Of a DNA stretch of 64,000 nt, positions 1 to 14,749 are shown one piece after another. Both the position numbers and the translations under genes were made by a program. This stretch comes from Eledone cirrhosa (Eukaryota): the NCBI GenBank assembly GCA_964016885.1, contig OZ024741.1, positions 227,850,001 to 227,914,000 on the forward strand, in the 5' to 3' direction. Under the pieces are notes generated by a model. The model saw nothing but the letters and a program-made list of their open reading frames with translations, searched no databases and had not been told where the DNA came from. Numbering within the stretch: position 1 is the first letter of the stretch; every line of letters begins with the position of its first letter.

Positions 1-298
1 AAAGGTTGATTATTTTCGGTTTTTCAAAATCGGTTTGTGCCACCGGGTGTCGTGAGTCCTGTATCATTGGTCTAAAAAATGATTTTTCTGGAATGTTTTT
101 TCAATGGTATTATTATATCTAATGGTATTTCCCCTGTTGTTGTGTGGTCTTGTATAGAAGTTTCGGACGTATTGAAGTTCGGTTTGGTGATAGTCCGGGT
201 TGTAGATTTTGTTCCTTTGTGTGGGTTCGGACCTACGGTTTTGGAACAGGCTGTGTGAGCAGGGGTCTACGGTTTTGGAATAGGTTTTGTGTGGGTTG
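1..298 (-). mobile_element. Possible PLE N-terminal fragment, cut by the window edge
   Basis: Non-repetitive block abutting (TA)n. The minus strand reads ...EKPKIINL at the window edge, resembling the V/I-x-N-L-S motif upstream of PLE RTs. Weak. Confidence 0.25.
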
Positions 299-1694
<1,396 letters not shown>

Positions 1695-2210
1695 TGTTAT
1701 ATTTGGGGAGGGTCATATTTGCGTAATATTGCCAGAATTAATAACAGAACACACTCACTGTTTGGTTGGTTTTCGCTTCTCGCTGTCTTTTATATATATA
1801 TATCTGCGATCTAACTTACTCGGTCCTCAATGTTGCCATTGACTGACCGGCGGTCAAAAATAATACAGATACAATATAGACAAACACATATATATATAGT
1901 TTACATAAATCTTTCGTTGCACATCTGCAACATCGTCAGTGGTGTTATATTCATTGTTCCTCCTGTTGTGTTGTATGTCTACGCCATTTTTTTTTGTTCA
2001 GTCTGTCTATATATTTATTTATTTATTTGCTTGTTTGTTTATCTTATTTTATTTTGTCTTCTTTGCGCATGCGTTTGCGTGTGTGTATAGTGTTATGTGT
2101 GATGTGTGACTAGTGTGTATAGTGTTGTCTGCTGGGTGACTAGTGTGTGTTTATGTGCTTGTGTATGTATTTATTTATCTTATTTTATTTAATTTACTTT
2201 ACTTATTTAT

Positions 2211-3567
2211 TTATACTTCTCTTAGGTCAGTGTTGTTTGTTTGGGTGTTGTTGTTGTTCCACTCATTCTTTCTGTTTAGCTTTGGTCTTCTAATTTCTAT
2301 TTCACTGGCCTCTCTGATTTGCCTATCTGCTGGGTCATTCCTATGTTTAGATATTATTCTAATTTCTATGTTGTCTATGTTACCGTCATGGTGTTGTCTA
2401 GCATGTTCGTATAGTACTGACCCGTTTTTTCGTCCTTTTAGTTCCCCCCAGTGTTGGTCTATCCTTTCACCTATGCTACGAGCTGTCTCACCTATGTATG
2501 TTGTTGTCGTGTTTCTGCAAGTACCCTCTGTACATCTTATGCTATAGACTACGTTTCTAGTTTTACAGTTTATCCGGGGGTTCACCTTACATATGATACA
2601 TTTCCTATTGGTACAGTGGGTTTTCTTAAAAGGGTAGGTTTTGCTGATCAGGGATTTTATGGTGGTTCCTGGCTTTTCTACCACCTTTATTTTTAAGTGG
2701 GTCTTTCTCAGGGCCTTTCTACACTGGTTAGCTAATTTCCCTCCAGGGGTGGCGTCCACAAACATGACACTCTGATATCTCTGGTTGTCGTACCATGATG
2801 TGGCCTTCCCTATCTTATGTCTAGCCCTATCTAAGCTATTCCATGATTTGCTCCTGTATAGTGGGCAAATTCCTTTCATGTCCAGTTCTATGAGGGTCTT
2901 ATACTTTTCCATGGCTCCTTCGTATACTCTGACTCTGTCTCTTTGGTTGTAGCCAGAGAACTGCATGCGGTTGATGAAGTGTTGGATGTGTCCTTCCATT
3001 TCTGTTGGGTCGCACATGCTGGACACATTCTTCATCACTCGTACCAAATCTGCGATCAGAATATTAAACTTAGCACTACTGGACATTGCTGAGTTTTTGA
3101 GTATCAGGTATTTGGAGGCCATGGGTTTAGCATAGTGTGAGTGGAGAATTTGGGCTCTCTCGTCTATAGTGTTAATCCAGAGTTCTGTGTCTAATACAGG
3201 TAGTCTATTGTTAGGGTGTTTGGAAGGGAAGTCTATAGTTACAGTTATACTCTGGTGTATGGAATTAGCTATCTGCTGGATGCTTTCCATCGTGCTACGT
3301 TCTAAATCAAACTTGTTAGTGCTCTCTAGTGGGGGTGTTCTTATAACTATATTGATATCGTCTACATAACGAGAGTACATGATGAGGTCTATGGAGCTTT
3401 CATTAAGGAGATCTTTAAGTCTCCTTTCCCACCATACCATGAAAAGGTTGGCAACATCGCCAGCTATGCTGACGCCGATGGCTGCTCCCTCATTTTGGGT
3501 GTAGATTTTCTCATTGAACTTAAATATGTGGCCCTTTAGGGTAGTTTTGATACTAGCCCCTATTGCA
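2211..3567 (-). pseudogene. Inverted partial copy of the same PLE ORF (3' RT + GIY-YIG)
   Basis: The translated part matches the + copy except ERAQ vs ERSQ. Confidence 0.9.
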
Positions 3568-5294
3568 GAATCAGTGAGTGCAACAAAAACAGGAGCCTAT
3601 CCAACTGCATAATAGGCAGCATGGATGTGGTGTCACTGTACCCATCCATTAACATTGACTTTGCTGTGAAAAGATGTGTGGAGATGATCATTGAGAGTGA
3701 GGTGGAGTTCTGCGACGTCGACACAGACGAACTGGGCCTCCTACTTAGACTTACCTACGACACTGACTACCTAGACAGCCATGACCTTAGATGTTTCTGC
3801 CCTAGTAGACCTATAAGAGGTAGACCCCCCACCATAACCTCAATGGCTAAAAAGACTCCCATAGGAAGGTGGATTGGGTGGACCAAAGCTATACGGACCC
3901 CCCAAAACACTGATCAGGTAAGAAAAATGGTCGCACATGCAATAGGGGCTAGTATCAAAACTACCCTAAAGGGCCACATATTTAAGTTCAATGAGAAAAT
4001 CTACACCCAAAATGAGGGAGCAGCCATCGGCGTCAGCATAGCTGGCGATGTTGCCAACCTTTTCATGGTATGGTGGGAAAGGAGACTTAAAGATCTCCTT
4101 AATGAAAGCTCCATAGACCTCATCATGTACTCTCGTTATGTAGACGATATCAATATAGTTATAAGAACACCCCCACTAGAGAGCACTAACAAGTTTGATT
4201 TAGAACGTAGCACGATGGAAAGCATCCAGCAGATAGCTAATTCCATACACCAGAGTATAACTGTAACTATAGACTTCCCTTCCAAACACCCTAACAATAG
4301 ACTACCTGTATTAGACACAGAACTCTGGATTAACACTATAGACGAGAGATCCCAAATTCTCCACTCACACTATGCTAAACCCATGGCCTCCAAATACCTG
4401 ATACTCAAAAACTCAGCAATGTCCAGTAGTGCTAAGTTTAATATTCTGATCGCAGATTTGGTACGAGTGATGAAGAATGTGTCCAGCATGTGCGACCCAA
4501 CAGAAATGGAAGGACACATCCAACACTTCATCAACCGCATGCAGTTCTCTGGCTACAACCAAAGAGACAGAGTCAGAGTATACGAAGGAGCCATGGAAAA
4601 GTATAAGACCCTCATAGAACTGGACATGAAAGGAATTTGCCCACTATACAGGAGCAAATCATGGAATAGCTTAGATAGGGCTAGACATAAGATAGGGAAG
4701 GCCACATCATGGTACGACAACCAGAGATATCAGAGTGTCATGTTTGTGGACGCCACCCCTGGAGGGAAATTAGCTAACCAGTGTAGAAAGGCCCTGAGAA
4801 AGACCCACTTAAAAATAAAGGTGGTAGAAAAGCCAGGAACCACCATAAAATCCCTGATCAGCAAAACCTACCCTTTTAAGAAAACCCACTGTACCAATAG
4901 GAAATGTATCATATGTAAGGTGAACCCCCGGATAAACTGTAAAACTAGAAACGTAGTCTATAGCATAAGATGTACAGAGGGTACTTGCAGAAACACGACA
5001 ACAACATACATAGGTGAGACAGCTCGTAGCATAGGTGAAAGGATAGACCAACACTGGGGGGAACTAAAAGGACGAAAAAACGGGTCAGTACTATACGAAC
5101 ATGCTAGACAACACCATGACGGTAACATAGACAACATAGAAATTAGAATAATATCTAAACATAGGAATGACCCAGCAGATAGGCAAATCAGAGAGGCCAG
5201 TGAAATAGAAATTAGAAGACCAAAGCTAAACAGAAAGAATGAGTGGAACAACAACAACACCCAAACAAACAACACTGACCTAAGAGAAGTATAA
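3567..5294 (+). CDS. PLE reverse transcriptase + GIY-YIG endonuclease, 5'-truncated, otherwise uninterrupted
   Basis: RT motifs IIGSMDVVSLYPSI, QNEGAAIG and YSRYVDD; thumb LPVLD and HYAKP; Cys linker CTNRKCIIC; GIY-YIG NVVY...YIGETARSIGERIDQH...E...P.LN. The frame is open upstream of ATG 3621 to the inversion junction, so 3621 is an internal Met. Confidence 0.92.
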   Translation, partial: RISECNKNRSLSNCIIGSMDVVSLYPSINIDFAVKRCVEMIIESEVEFCDVDTDELGLLLRLTYDTDYLDSHDLRCFCPSRPIRGRPPTITSMAKKTPIGRWIGWTKAIRTPQNTDQVRKMVAHAIGASIKTTLKGHIFKFNEKIYTQNEGAAIGVSIAGDVANLFMVWWERRLKDLLNESSIDLIMYSRYVDDINIVIRTPPLESTNKFDLERSTMESIQQIANSIHQSITVTIDFPSKHPNNRLPVLDTELWINTIDERSQILHSHYAKPMASKYLILKNSAMSSSAKFNILIADLVRVMKNVSSMCDPTEMEGHIQHFINRMQFSGYNQRDRVRVYEGAMEKYKTLIELDMKGICPLYRSKSWNSLDRARHKIGKATSWYDNQRYQSVMFVDATPGGKLANQCRKALRKTHLKIKVVEKPGTTIKSLISKTYPFKKTHCTNRKCIICKVNPRINCKTRNVVYSIRCTEGTCRNTTTTYIGETARSIGERIDQHWGELKGRKNGSVLYEHARQHHDGNIDNIEIRIISKHRNDPADRQIREASEIEIRRPKLNRKNEWNNNNTQTNNTDLREV

Positions 5295-5561
5295 ATAAAT
5301 AAGTAAAGTAAATTAAATAAAATAAGATAAATAAATACATACACAAGCACATAAACACACACTAGTCACCCAGCAGACAACACTATACACACTAGTCACA
5401 CATCACACATAACACTATACACACACGCAAACGCATGCGCAAAGAAGACAAAATAAAATAAGATAAACAAACAAGCAAATAAATAAATAAATATATAGAC
5501 AGACTGAACAAAAAAAAATGGCGTAGACATACAACACAACAGGAGGAACAATGAATATAAC

Positions 5562-5602
5562 ACCACTGACGATGTTGCAGATGTGCAACGAAAGATTTAT
5601 GT
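5562..5602 (+). ncRNA. Minimal type I hammerhead motif in the PLE 3' region (mirror copy ~1903-1943, -)
   Basis: CTGACGA-t-GTTGCA-gatg-TGCAAC-GAAAG-at-TTA. Stem I is weak (2 bp). Confidence 0.6.
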
Positions 5603-5868
5603 AAACTATATATATATGTGTTTGTCTATATTGTATCTGTATTATTTTTGACCGCCGGTCAGTCAATGGCAACATTGAGGACCGAGTAAGTTAGATCGCA
5701 GATATATATATATAAAAGACAGCGAGAAGCGAAAACCAACCAAACAGTGAGTGTGTTCTGTTATTAATTCTGGCAATATTACGCAAATATGACCCTCCCC
5801 AAATATAACAATATCGGTTTCGACACACGATTTCATATAAAAAACCTCGCAAAACTAATTCATCGCCG

Positions 5869-6845
<977 letters not shown>

Positions 6846-7215
6846 TCATCCGATGCCATGTGTAGGTGATGCGCAGACAAAGTCCGAGCTTCAGAATCCT
6901 CGATCACCCGTTACAGAACGTGTGATACGCTCCCTTTACGCCTGCGTCTCAACCATCTAATGCGTCCTTTCTTCGTTCGTTCGTTCGTTCCGAAGAATTG
7001 AGGTCATATTCTTCTTTGTCTACAGGAACACCATTGTTTGTTGACATGATTGACCGATTGTACAGTTGAACTTCATGATTCTTCTCTAATTTCTAAATAC
7101 ATATGCAGCTCATCACATACTTTACTGTTCTCCGCAAGGTGGAGCAATGCACCTTCTCGTTGTCAAGCGAGATGATCATCCACGCGCTGCTCTGTTCTAT
7201 ATGAGTAAAGTGTAA

Positions 7216-7345
7216 ACAACAAATTTAATATAGAAATGGCTTCTACGGGACCAGAAGTGTTTCATTTGAAGAAATCATCAGCTGATGTTTCTCTTCGAAT
7301 GAAACAGTTCTAGTCCTGTAGGAGCTATTTCTATATTGAATTTGT

Positions 7346-7389
<44 letters not shown>

Positions 7390-7598
7390 TTTATCCCGGG
7401 TTCAATTGGGGTAACCACAGTAAGTAAGGTATTCAATACATAGTAGAGTATAAATATTTAATATATAATATAGAAATGGATTTTACAGGATTAGAACTGT
7501 TTCATTCGAGAGAAATCATCGGGAGAAATCATCAGGAACACATGGACTTCCTGACGATTTCTGCGGAAACAGTTCTAGTCCTGTAGAAGCCATTTCTC

Positions 7599-7602
<4 letters not shown>
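7216..7602. mobile_element. Two short palindromic hammerhead-bearing element ends (7216-7347; 7389-7602); a third single-arm copy at 11190-11315
   Basis: Inverted arms AATATAGAAATGG...AAATCATC / CTGA(T/C)G...GAAACAGTTCTAGTCCTGTAG...TTTCT(A/C)TATT, embedded in TA/TG repeats. Confidence 0.7.
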
Positions 7603-7674
<72 letters not shown>

Positions 7675-7920
7675 CCAACTTCTTTTTATTATCATGAGGG
7701 AAAGTAGAAACAAACAATTACAACAAAAAAAAAAGAGCACCATCTTCCCTCGTCAGTCGCCAACATAGAATATCCGTCAATGTGGTTTCCTACTAAATTA
7801 CAGATGTATTTATGTATAAATAAATGAATAAGTATATGCGCATACATATATACGTGTATATATATATATATATGTATTTATATATGTATATAAATATATG
7901 TATATATATATATATGTATG

Positions 7921-8015
<95 letters not shown>

Positions 8016-8812
8016 GAGTGTGTGTGTACGTTTGTGTGTGTTTTGTGCGTATCTCAGTGTATGAGTGAAGTAGGTAATTTATATGCTAATGCCCATGTGA
8101 ATACTAATATATTAATAAGGATATTATTTAATTCGTGTTTATACATATTTATATACACGACGTGTTTCCCATATATCTAAATGTATGTGTGTGTGTATAA
8201 GTGTATTTTCTTTGTCATTCGATAGACATGCATATTTACATGTGTATGTGTGTGTGTGTTGTTTTGTAGTCGCTATTGTTAGCATTAATAATACTGATCC
8301 TAGGAGAGTTAACTGGACAAAATGATTCTATATAATCAGGGATAGGGACGAAAATACGATATTGAAGCATTAAAACTTTACAAATGGTAATGAAATTAAA
8401 TGAAATCTTGGAATCGAAACCGAGTTGCCGAGTCTCTTAATCATTTTCCTTTTTTTTAAGTTTAGGCGGGGAGGAAAGTACACAGTTCTTGATGCTTTGC
8501 GAAGGGAAGGGGGAAAATATCAATGAACCGGAAACCTAGTCCAAATAACTCCAACAGACTAGTCTCTGCTAGAGATACTCAATGTTCATATGGTGGTTTT
8601 AAATTGGACGATTAATTAAATCTACCATCCAAGTAGGCCACATCGGGATTTGAATTCAGAATAAAAATATTTAGAACAAAAATGGCAAGGCATATCGTTT
8701 ACTACTCTAACAAGTCTGGCAGTCCACCAATATAGACTGTTATAGATTTTAATTACCCGAAAGGGTAAAAAGTAAAGTTGACCTGGAAAGGAATTGAAGT
8801 GACAGGTTAGAA

Positions 8813-9118
8813 GAGAGGTGTACAACAGGTGGCCCACGGACTACAATCCGGCAGGCCAATCCAGTCAGAGTGGCCCGTGATAACCGTTTTTAATTTTTCC
8901 CTTGTAGGCTTATTTAGAACTTTTTCGTAACCCTAATGCAAATTTCTGCTAGTTGACCTATACTAAAGGGCTTCACTGAAAGGGTTATGTGTGTTATAAT
9001 TTCCCAGCTCTATCTTATGGAAAGAAGTTGTGGTGAATCTTTGGAATAGCATTAATGGCCCGAATAGTTGTTCCAATATTCAAAAGTGGCCCGCCAATGG
9101 AATATGTTGCACACCCTG
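8813..9118. mobile_element. hAT-like MITE remnant
   Basis: Imperfect termini GAGGTGTACAAC / GTTGCACACCCTG, internal GGCCC motifs. TSD not convincing. Confidence 0.4.
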
Positions 9119-9709
9119 AAGCCTTAGAGTGTCGGGGAAACATCGCAATATATACTTTCCAATGTTGTTACAACTCTGGAAATTCGCTACCTACATATAT
9201 TTGTCCACTGAGTACGTGAGCCTTTGTCTATGTAACTGTTATTCTGTTTACGGTTCTGAGGGCGATGAATTAAGAGAATTGGTTAAATCGGTAGAGTTTC
9301 GGATTAAAGAACTTGACATTTAGATACATCCCTTTACGTTCTGTGATCGAGTGCCGCGCATGTCGACTTTGCAGTTGATATATCATTTATTATCGATAGT
9401 TCGATTAACTGATAAAAAGTAAAATATGAATATAAAGTATTTACCAGAAGGGAAATAAAGAAAATGATAGGGAAAATGTTTCCATGATTAGTCACGGGTC
9501 TGATAGAGATAACATTCCAGCCAACCCCCATCTCCGTTAATCTGGTACCAATTACCAGTAGCTAGTTGAATAAAGTGTATTTGTCCAAAATCAGAACAAA
9601 TAGAATAAGAGAGAAATATTTCCCTAGATAGAACACGCACCGGTCTATCATATGTAACATACCCTTTCTCTAGATGATCAAATGCTGATTAAAAATCGAT
9701 AGTTTTGAG

Positions 9710-10149
9710 CAGTGGTCTCCAATCTTTTTTCCCGATACGAACCTCATATATCACTGAGAAACTTTACTTGATAATAGAAAAAAATATATTTGTACACATT
9801 TTATTCATTCATCAAACAACACGATACCAATTTATAGTTTTAGAATATCATGAAGAACTGACTAACGTTATTTACGGTGGATTGACAGTATCGGTAGAGC
9901 GTCAGACACCATGCATTGCAGCATAGAGTTATGGTCATTTACGTTCTGAGTTCAAATCCCGCCGAGGTTAACTTTGCCTTTCATCCTTACGGGGTCGATG
10001 AAGTAATGTACTGGAATAATTGCTGGCCTTGTGCCAAAACTAGAAACAATTATTTAGAAACCTTGTAGGAACCTATTTTTCTTCACAAACCCACAACATA
10101 TTTTTAGTGATCCATTTTGGTTCGTATAAAACCTGAGTGGAGACCATTG
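9710..10149. mobile_element. hAT (Charlie-like) MITE interrupted by a SINE at ~9876-10053
   Basis: TIRs CAGTGGTCTCCA / TGGAGACCATTG; flanking 8-mers GTTTTGAG and GTTTAGAG (7/8 TSD). Confidence 0.7.
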
Positions 10150-11050
10150 GTTTAGAGAAGTGATTCCCTTAATCGATTTATCAAAAACTGCGTAACCCAT
10201 ATATCTTAAAGACAATGCTCAGCATCCTAATGTTAATAAGGCATTAAAATGAAACAAAATTTATTTCTGAGAGAAAGCGTATAACGTATTTTTATTCTAT
10301 AGACATCTTAAATCGAGAGACCTCAGAATACTTTCGCGGAATTCTACCGTTCCGAGGAACCCATTTGATAAGCCCAGGTTGATGGATCGAATACCTGAGC
10401 TATCAGCTTGTAAGCCATTACTTTTCCCACTTTGATACAATCCTTCCAGGTTTTCTTATAAAGTCATTCAGTTGTTTGTTTGCTTTCCATAACATACGTC
10501 TTATTTTCGTATGATATGTAATATTTATCAGTGCATTTCTTATTCTGTAAGACATATCTTATTTATAGAGGAATTATCATTAAAAAGTGTTTCATTCAAT
10601 GCAAAGATAATTGCAGCATTGACGTATATCTGATTATCTTTTATCATCATCAATGCTGATAGTACCAATTCATTTGATTGTAGTAAATACGGTATTAAAT
10701 ATGGATCCATGTGTGATGTGCGTGTGCGGAATCATAATGGGGTTATGATATATGGTGGATTTTGATCATTTAAACCTGATGGAGCCCATTACATACCAAG
10801 TGTGAATAAAGCTGGATTCTTCCAGAGAAAGAGGGAGCGAGAGAGAAAATGGAGAAGAGAGAAAGAGCGATAGAAAAAGAGAAAGAGATAAAGAATCAAC
10901 ATCAGTACTGGGCTTGTACTTTACCGATATCGAAAGACAACAGAATGATGAAAGAGGCCAAAGATGAAAGCGGGACTTGAATTCAGTGCGTAGAGAGGCG
11001 GAACGGATACTGTTAAGCATTCTATTTGGTGTTCTAATAACTGCCGATTC

Positions 11051-11187
<137 letters not shown>

Positions 11188-11485
11188 TTATCCCGGTTTC
11201 AATCGGGGGGGGTAACCACAGTAAGGTACTCAATACAAAGCAGAGTATAAATATAATATTTAATATAGAAATGGCTTCTACAGTACTAGAACTGTTTAAT
11301 TCGGGAGAAATCATGTTTAATTAAAGTTCATACATTTAGCATGTATGCGCGACCTTAGGTTTATGGGTCTAGTTATGGCTACTATTGTATAGTGGAGTAG
11401 CCCTTATAAAATTGACCTCGCCCGTCAAGCGCTTCTCCTTGCGCCTGACGAGTGTATGTATGTATGTATGTATGTATGTATATCC

Positions 11486-11896
11486 GGGAGAGATGACCCC
11501 TTAGCCTTTGTCAAGGCAGAATTCTAGGAGAAGGAAAACTCTGATATAACACCTGCAACTCTGATGGTATCCAATGATGTTGACTTGTTCTTCTTTTTGG
11601 TAAATATCATCTTGGTTAAGAGAGTGGGACTGGCTTTGTGCAGTGCCTTTGCTCACTATAAAAGCTTCACGGCACAGGCATTGCTTTGTATCTGGAGATC
11701 TCTCTGCACTTGTCGTCACATGGTACCATGGGCCCAGCACTATGTGTCAATAATTGTCACAAGTGTAGTGTTTGTACCAGAGTTTTCAAGTCGCTGGCTG
11801 GACTGAAAAGTCACACTCGTTTAGCGCATCAGTATGGGTTCTCCTACATGGATATAAAGTAGTGGCCGTACTCGAAAACGAGTTCGCAGCCACCAT
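11486..11896 (+). mobile_element. Unclassified ~400-bp interspersed repeat in (ATGT)n; inverted homolog at 62187-62572
   Basis: High identity between the two loci, visible in the shared translation CREAFIVSKGTAQSQ.. / CRETFIVSKGTAQSQ.. Confidence 0.75.
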
Positions 11897-12224
11897 GTAT
11901 GCATGTAAAGTAGTTGACCTAAAAACACGACAAATGCTGTAGTGCTGGTGTTACGATAAAATGCATCCAGTGTACTCTATTAAGAGGTTTGTATTAGGAA
12001 GGACATTCAGCCGTGGGTACCAAGGGAAAATGAAAACAAAAAGAGCGAGAATCAAGATTTATGACTTCAAACAAATAAATTAAGACTTAATATTTGCATC
12101 GAGTATATTTTGCCCCATTCTTCGCTAACAACATATACAGTATTTTAATGAGTGCTATGAGTTATAAGGATCGTTGGTCAAATAAACTTATAGATATTTA
12201 GGTAAGTTTGTATATCTCTCAGTT

Positions 12225-12272
<48 letters not shown>

Positions 12273-12407
12273 GAGAGACAGAGAGGGGGGGGGAGTGGAG
12301 GAAAGAGCATTTACACACGAGTTTATATGTTTAACGAAGCTGGAAAAAATTTAAACTGAACGTTTGCCAAGATATTGCGAATTCACTCATTATAGGAGCA
12401 AAAGTAC

Positions 12408-12527
<120 letters not shown>

Positions 12528-13191
12528 TGTGTGTGTGTGTGTGGAGATATAGGATGAACCAAGTAAAGACGAGAAAGATATAAAGAGAAGTAATGGAATA
12601 GACAGAGTCGGGAAGGAGGAAGAAAAGATAGAATATGAGTATGTGTATGTGAGAGACAGACTAATCAAGGTAAGTAGAGCGAGAGGGAAAGAGAAAAGCG
12701 GATATGTGTTTGAATTGAGTGAGAGACAGAGAAAAAGAGAGATACCTGAAAATATAGTGAAGGAGAGTGGAATAGAAATGGAGATAACAAGATGAAAAGA
12801 GAGGAAAGAAGTGAGAGACCACGAAAATATGTGTACGACACGGACAGAAACGTGTGGGTGTGTGTGTGTGAGAGATAAAGAGTGTGTGTGAGAGAGAGAG
12901 AGATAGAGTGTGTGTGTGAGATAGAGATATAGTGATAGAGAGAGAGATAGAGAGGGAGTGTGTCTGTGAGAGAGAGGGAGTGTGGGTGTGAATGTGTGTG
13001 AGAGAGATAGAGAGTGTATGTATGAGAGAGAGAGAGAGAGTGTGTGTGTGTGGGAGAGAGAGATTGTGTGTGTGCGAGAGAGAGAGAGAAAGAGTGTGTG
13101 TGTGTTTGTTTGTAAGAGTTTTGGTCAGTATGTGTGCGTGAGTGTGTATATATAACATTGGTATACGTGTGTGAAGGTGAGATGGGTAAAG

Positions 13192-13222
<31 letters not shown>

Positions 13223-13479
13223 GGGGTAAGGACGGGAGAGAGAGAAAAAGAAGAATGATTATCTCTGTGTCTGAAGTATTATATTTTATCTCATTTTAAA
13301 CACTCGTATTTTTTCTCTAAATATACTACTATATTCTCTAAATATATTACGCGCGAGCCTGTGTGTGTGTGAGAGAGAGAGTGTGTGCATATATGAGCGT
13401 GTCTGTGAGTGAATCTGTGTCAGTGTTTATATGTGTGTATACATGAATAAATACATATATACTGAGGATAAAATGAAGA

Positions 13480-13938
13480 CGTTGAGAAGAAATTTTCCAA
13501 ATTTTTAAACTTATCTAGAAGGGAAATGCTTTGTCCAGACGTATTTTCAAGAGCAACGTAAACTCAGTTCTACTATACAGCGAAAACAGTGCAAATATAA
13601 ACAGAAAGCTCCAAAAGTTCACCAAGAATATCCTCAGATATATCTTAAATATTGGTTATTCAGAAATAGCACGTAACATACCTCTGGACCAACATTAAGC
13701 AAATAGTGTGACGCAAGTGGAAATATGTAGGTCATACGTTTAAAAGATTAAAAGGACGTTTGTCAAGATAAGCCTTGAATTTGAACCTAGGTTGTAACAG
13801 AAAGGCGAGATGCCTCAATATCTGGCGGAGATCGGCAGAAATAGAAATGAAGATAAAAGAATGATATAGAACCAAGTGTAAAGAAAACCACTGGAAAAAC
13901 CCTAAGAATAATGATGATGATGATGATGATGATGATGA
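13480..13938 (+). pseudogene. Decayed RTE-like LINE 3' end
   Basis: Broken frames give IFKSNVNSVLLY, KLQKF, RKWKYVGHT and WRRSAEIEM; ends in a (GAT)n tail. Confidence 0.6.
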
Positions 13939-13997
13939 TATATATATATAGACTGAATCTTAACCATCTACTATGTCAGGGTATGTCATGCATCATC

Positions 13998-14065
13998 TTA
14001 TTTTATCTGATGAGGACGTACTGTTGAACTTAACTCAGTACCTCTGAAATATGTATAATAAAATA
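13998..14065 (+). ncRNA. Type I hammerhead ribozyme motif
   Basis: TATTTTAT-CTGATGA-..GTACTG...CAGTAC..-GAAA-TATG-TA-(TA)ATAAAATA; stems I and II pair. Confidence 0.75.
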
Positions 14066-14105
14066 TACTTGATCACAAGAATCTCTATTTTGTTAATATT
14101 TTGAA

Positions 14106-14163
<58 letters not shown>

Positions 14164-14457
14164 CAGTAAAAGAGAAAACACAGGTAAGCATTAAAAAAAA
14201 GGATTTTATCCAGGTATTTACGACCGTTTCATTGAAAAGCGCAACCTTATATCGCTATACTGCAAATAGCAGCCACTCGATAATGTTATTCACCTCCAAA
14301 ATAATTGTTTCTACTTTAGGCACAAGGCCAGCAATTACCAGTGCATTACTGGTACTTTATTTTATCGACCCCGTAAGGTTGAAAGGCAAAGTCAACCTCG
14401 GCGGGATTTGAACTCAGATCGTAAGGGGACGTAACTATGCTGGAAAGCATTCCTAAC

Positions 14458-14537
<80 letters not shown>

Positions 14538-14640
14538 CCAGGGAGTGTAGCATTCGATGTTCAGGTGAGGTGTAGAGCTAGACAGAGTGTAATATAATAA
14601 TACAAGGAAGATTTGTTAAGCCTTCATTACGTTTATTGAT

Positions 14641-14727
14641 TGGTGACGCGCGTTTCACTATTGATCAGCTCAAGGTTCGATCTGTATCGATCTGGTCCGA
14701 CTCTCGAATCAAAAGCTCATCGGACCT
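14641..14727 (-). ncRNA. Type I hammerhead motif (CCGAUGA variant, long stem II)
   Basis: Minus strand: GGT-CCGATGA-GCTTTTGAT...ATCAATAGT-GAAAC-GCGC-GTC-ACC, followed by AATAAA. Confidence 0.7.
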
Positions 14728-14749
14728 ATATATATATATATAAACACCT

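Larger units (their letters stand above)
1691..5869 (+). mobile_element. Penelope-like element, 5'-truncated, with a 1877-bp inverted duplication, inserted in (TA)n
   Basis: Arms 1691-3567 and 3938-5814 are reverse complements (coordinate sum 7505), with a 370-bp spacer and a 55-nt 3' tail at 5815-5869. (TA)n on both sides. Confidence 0.93.

Noticed and set aside
5640-5705. HDV-like ribozyme suggested by the GGCAAC-capped hairpin
   Set aside because: I could not identify the P1/P3/P1.1 nested pseudoknot or the J4/2 catalytic C.
10395-10544. Possible minus-strand exon (TTACAG...CAG/GTATT; IRNALINITYHTKIRRMLWKANKQ...)
   Set aside because: All three frames contain a stop and there is no recognisable homology; insufficient support.
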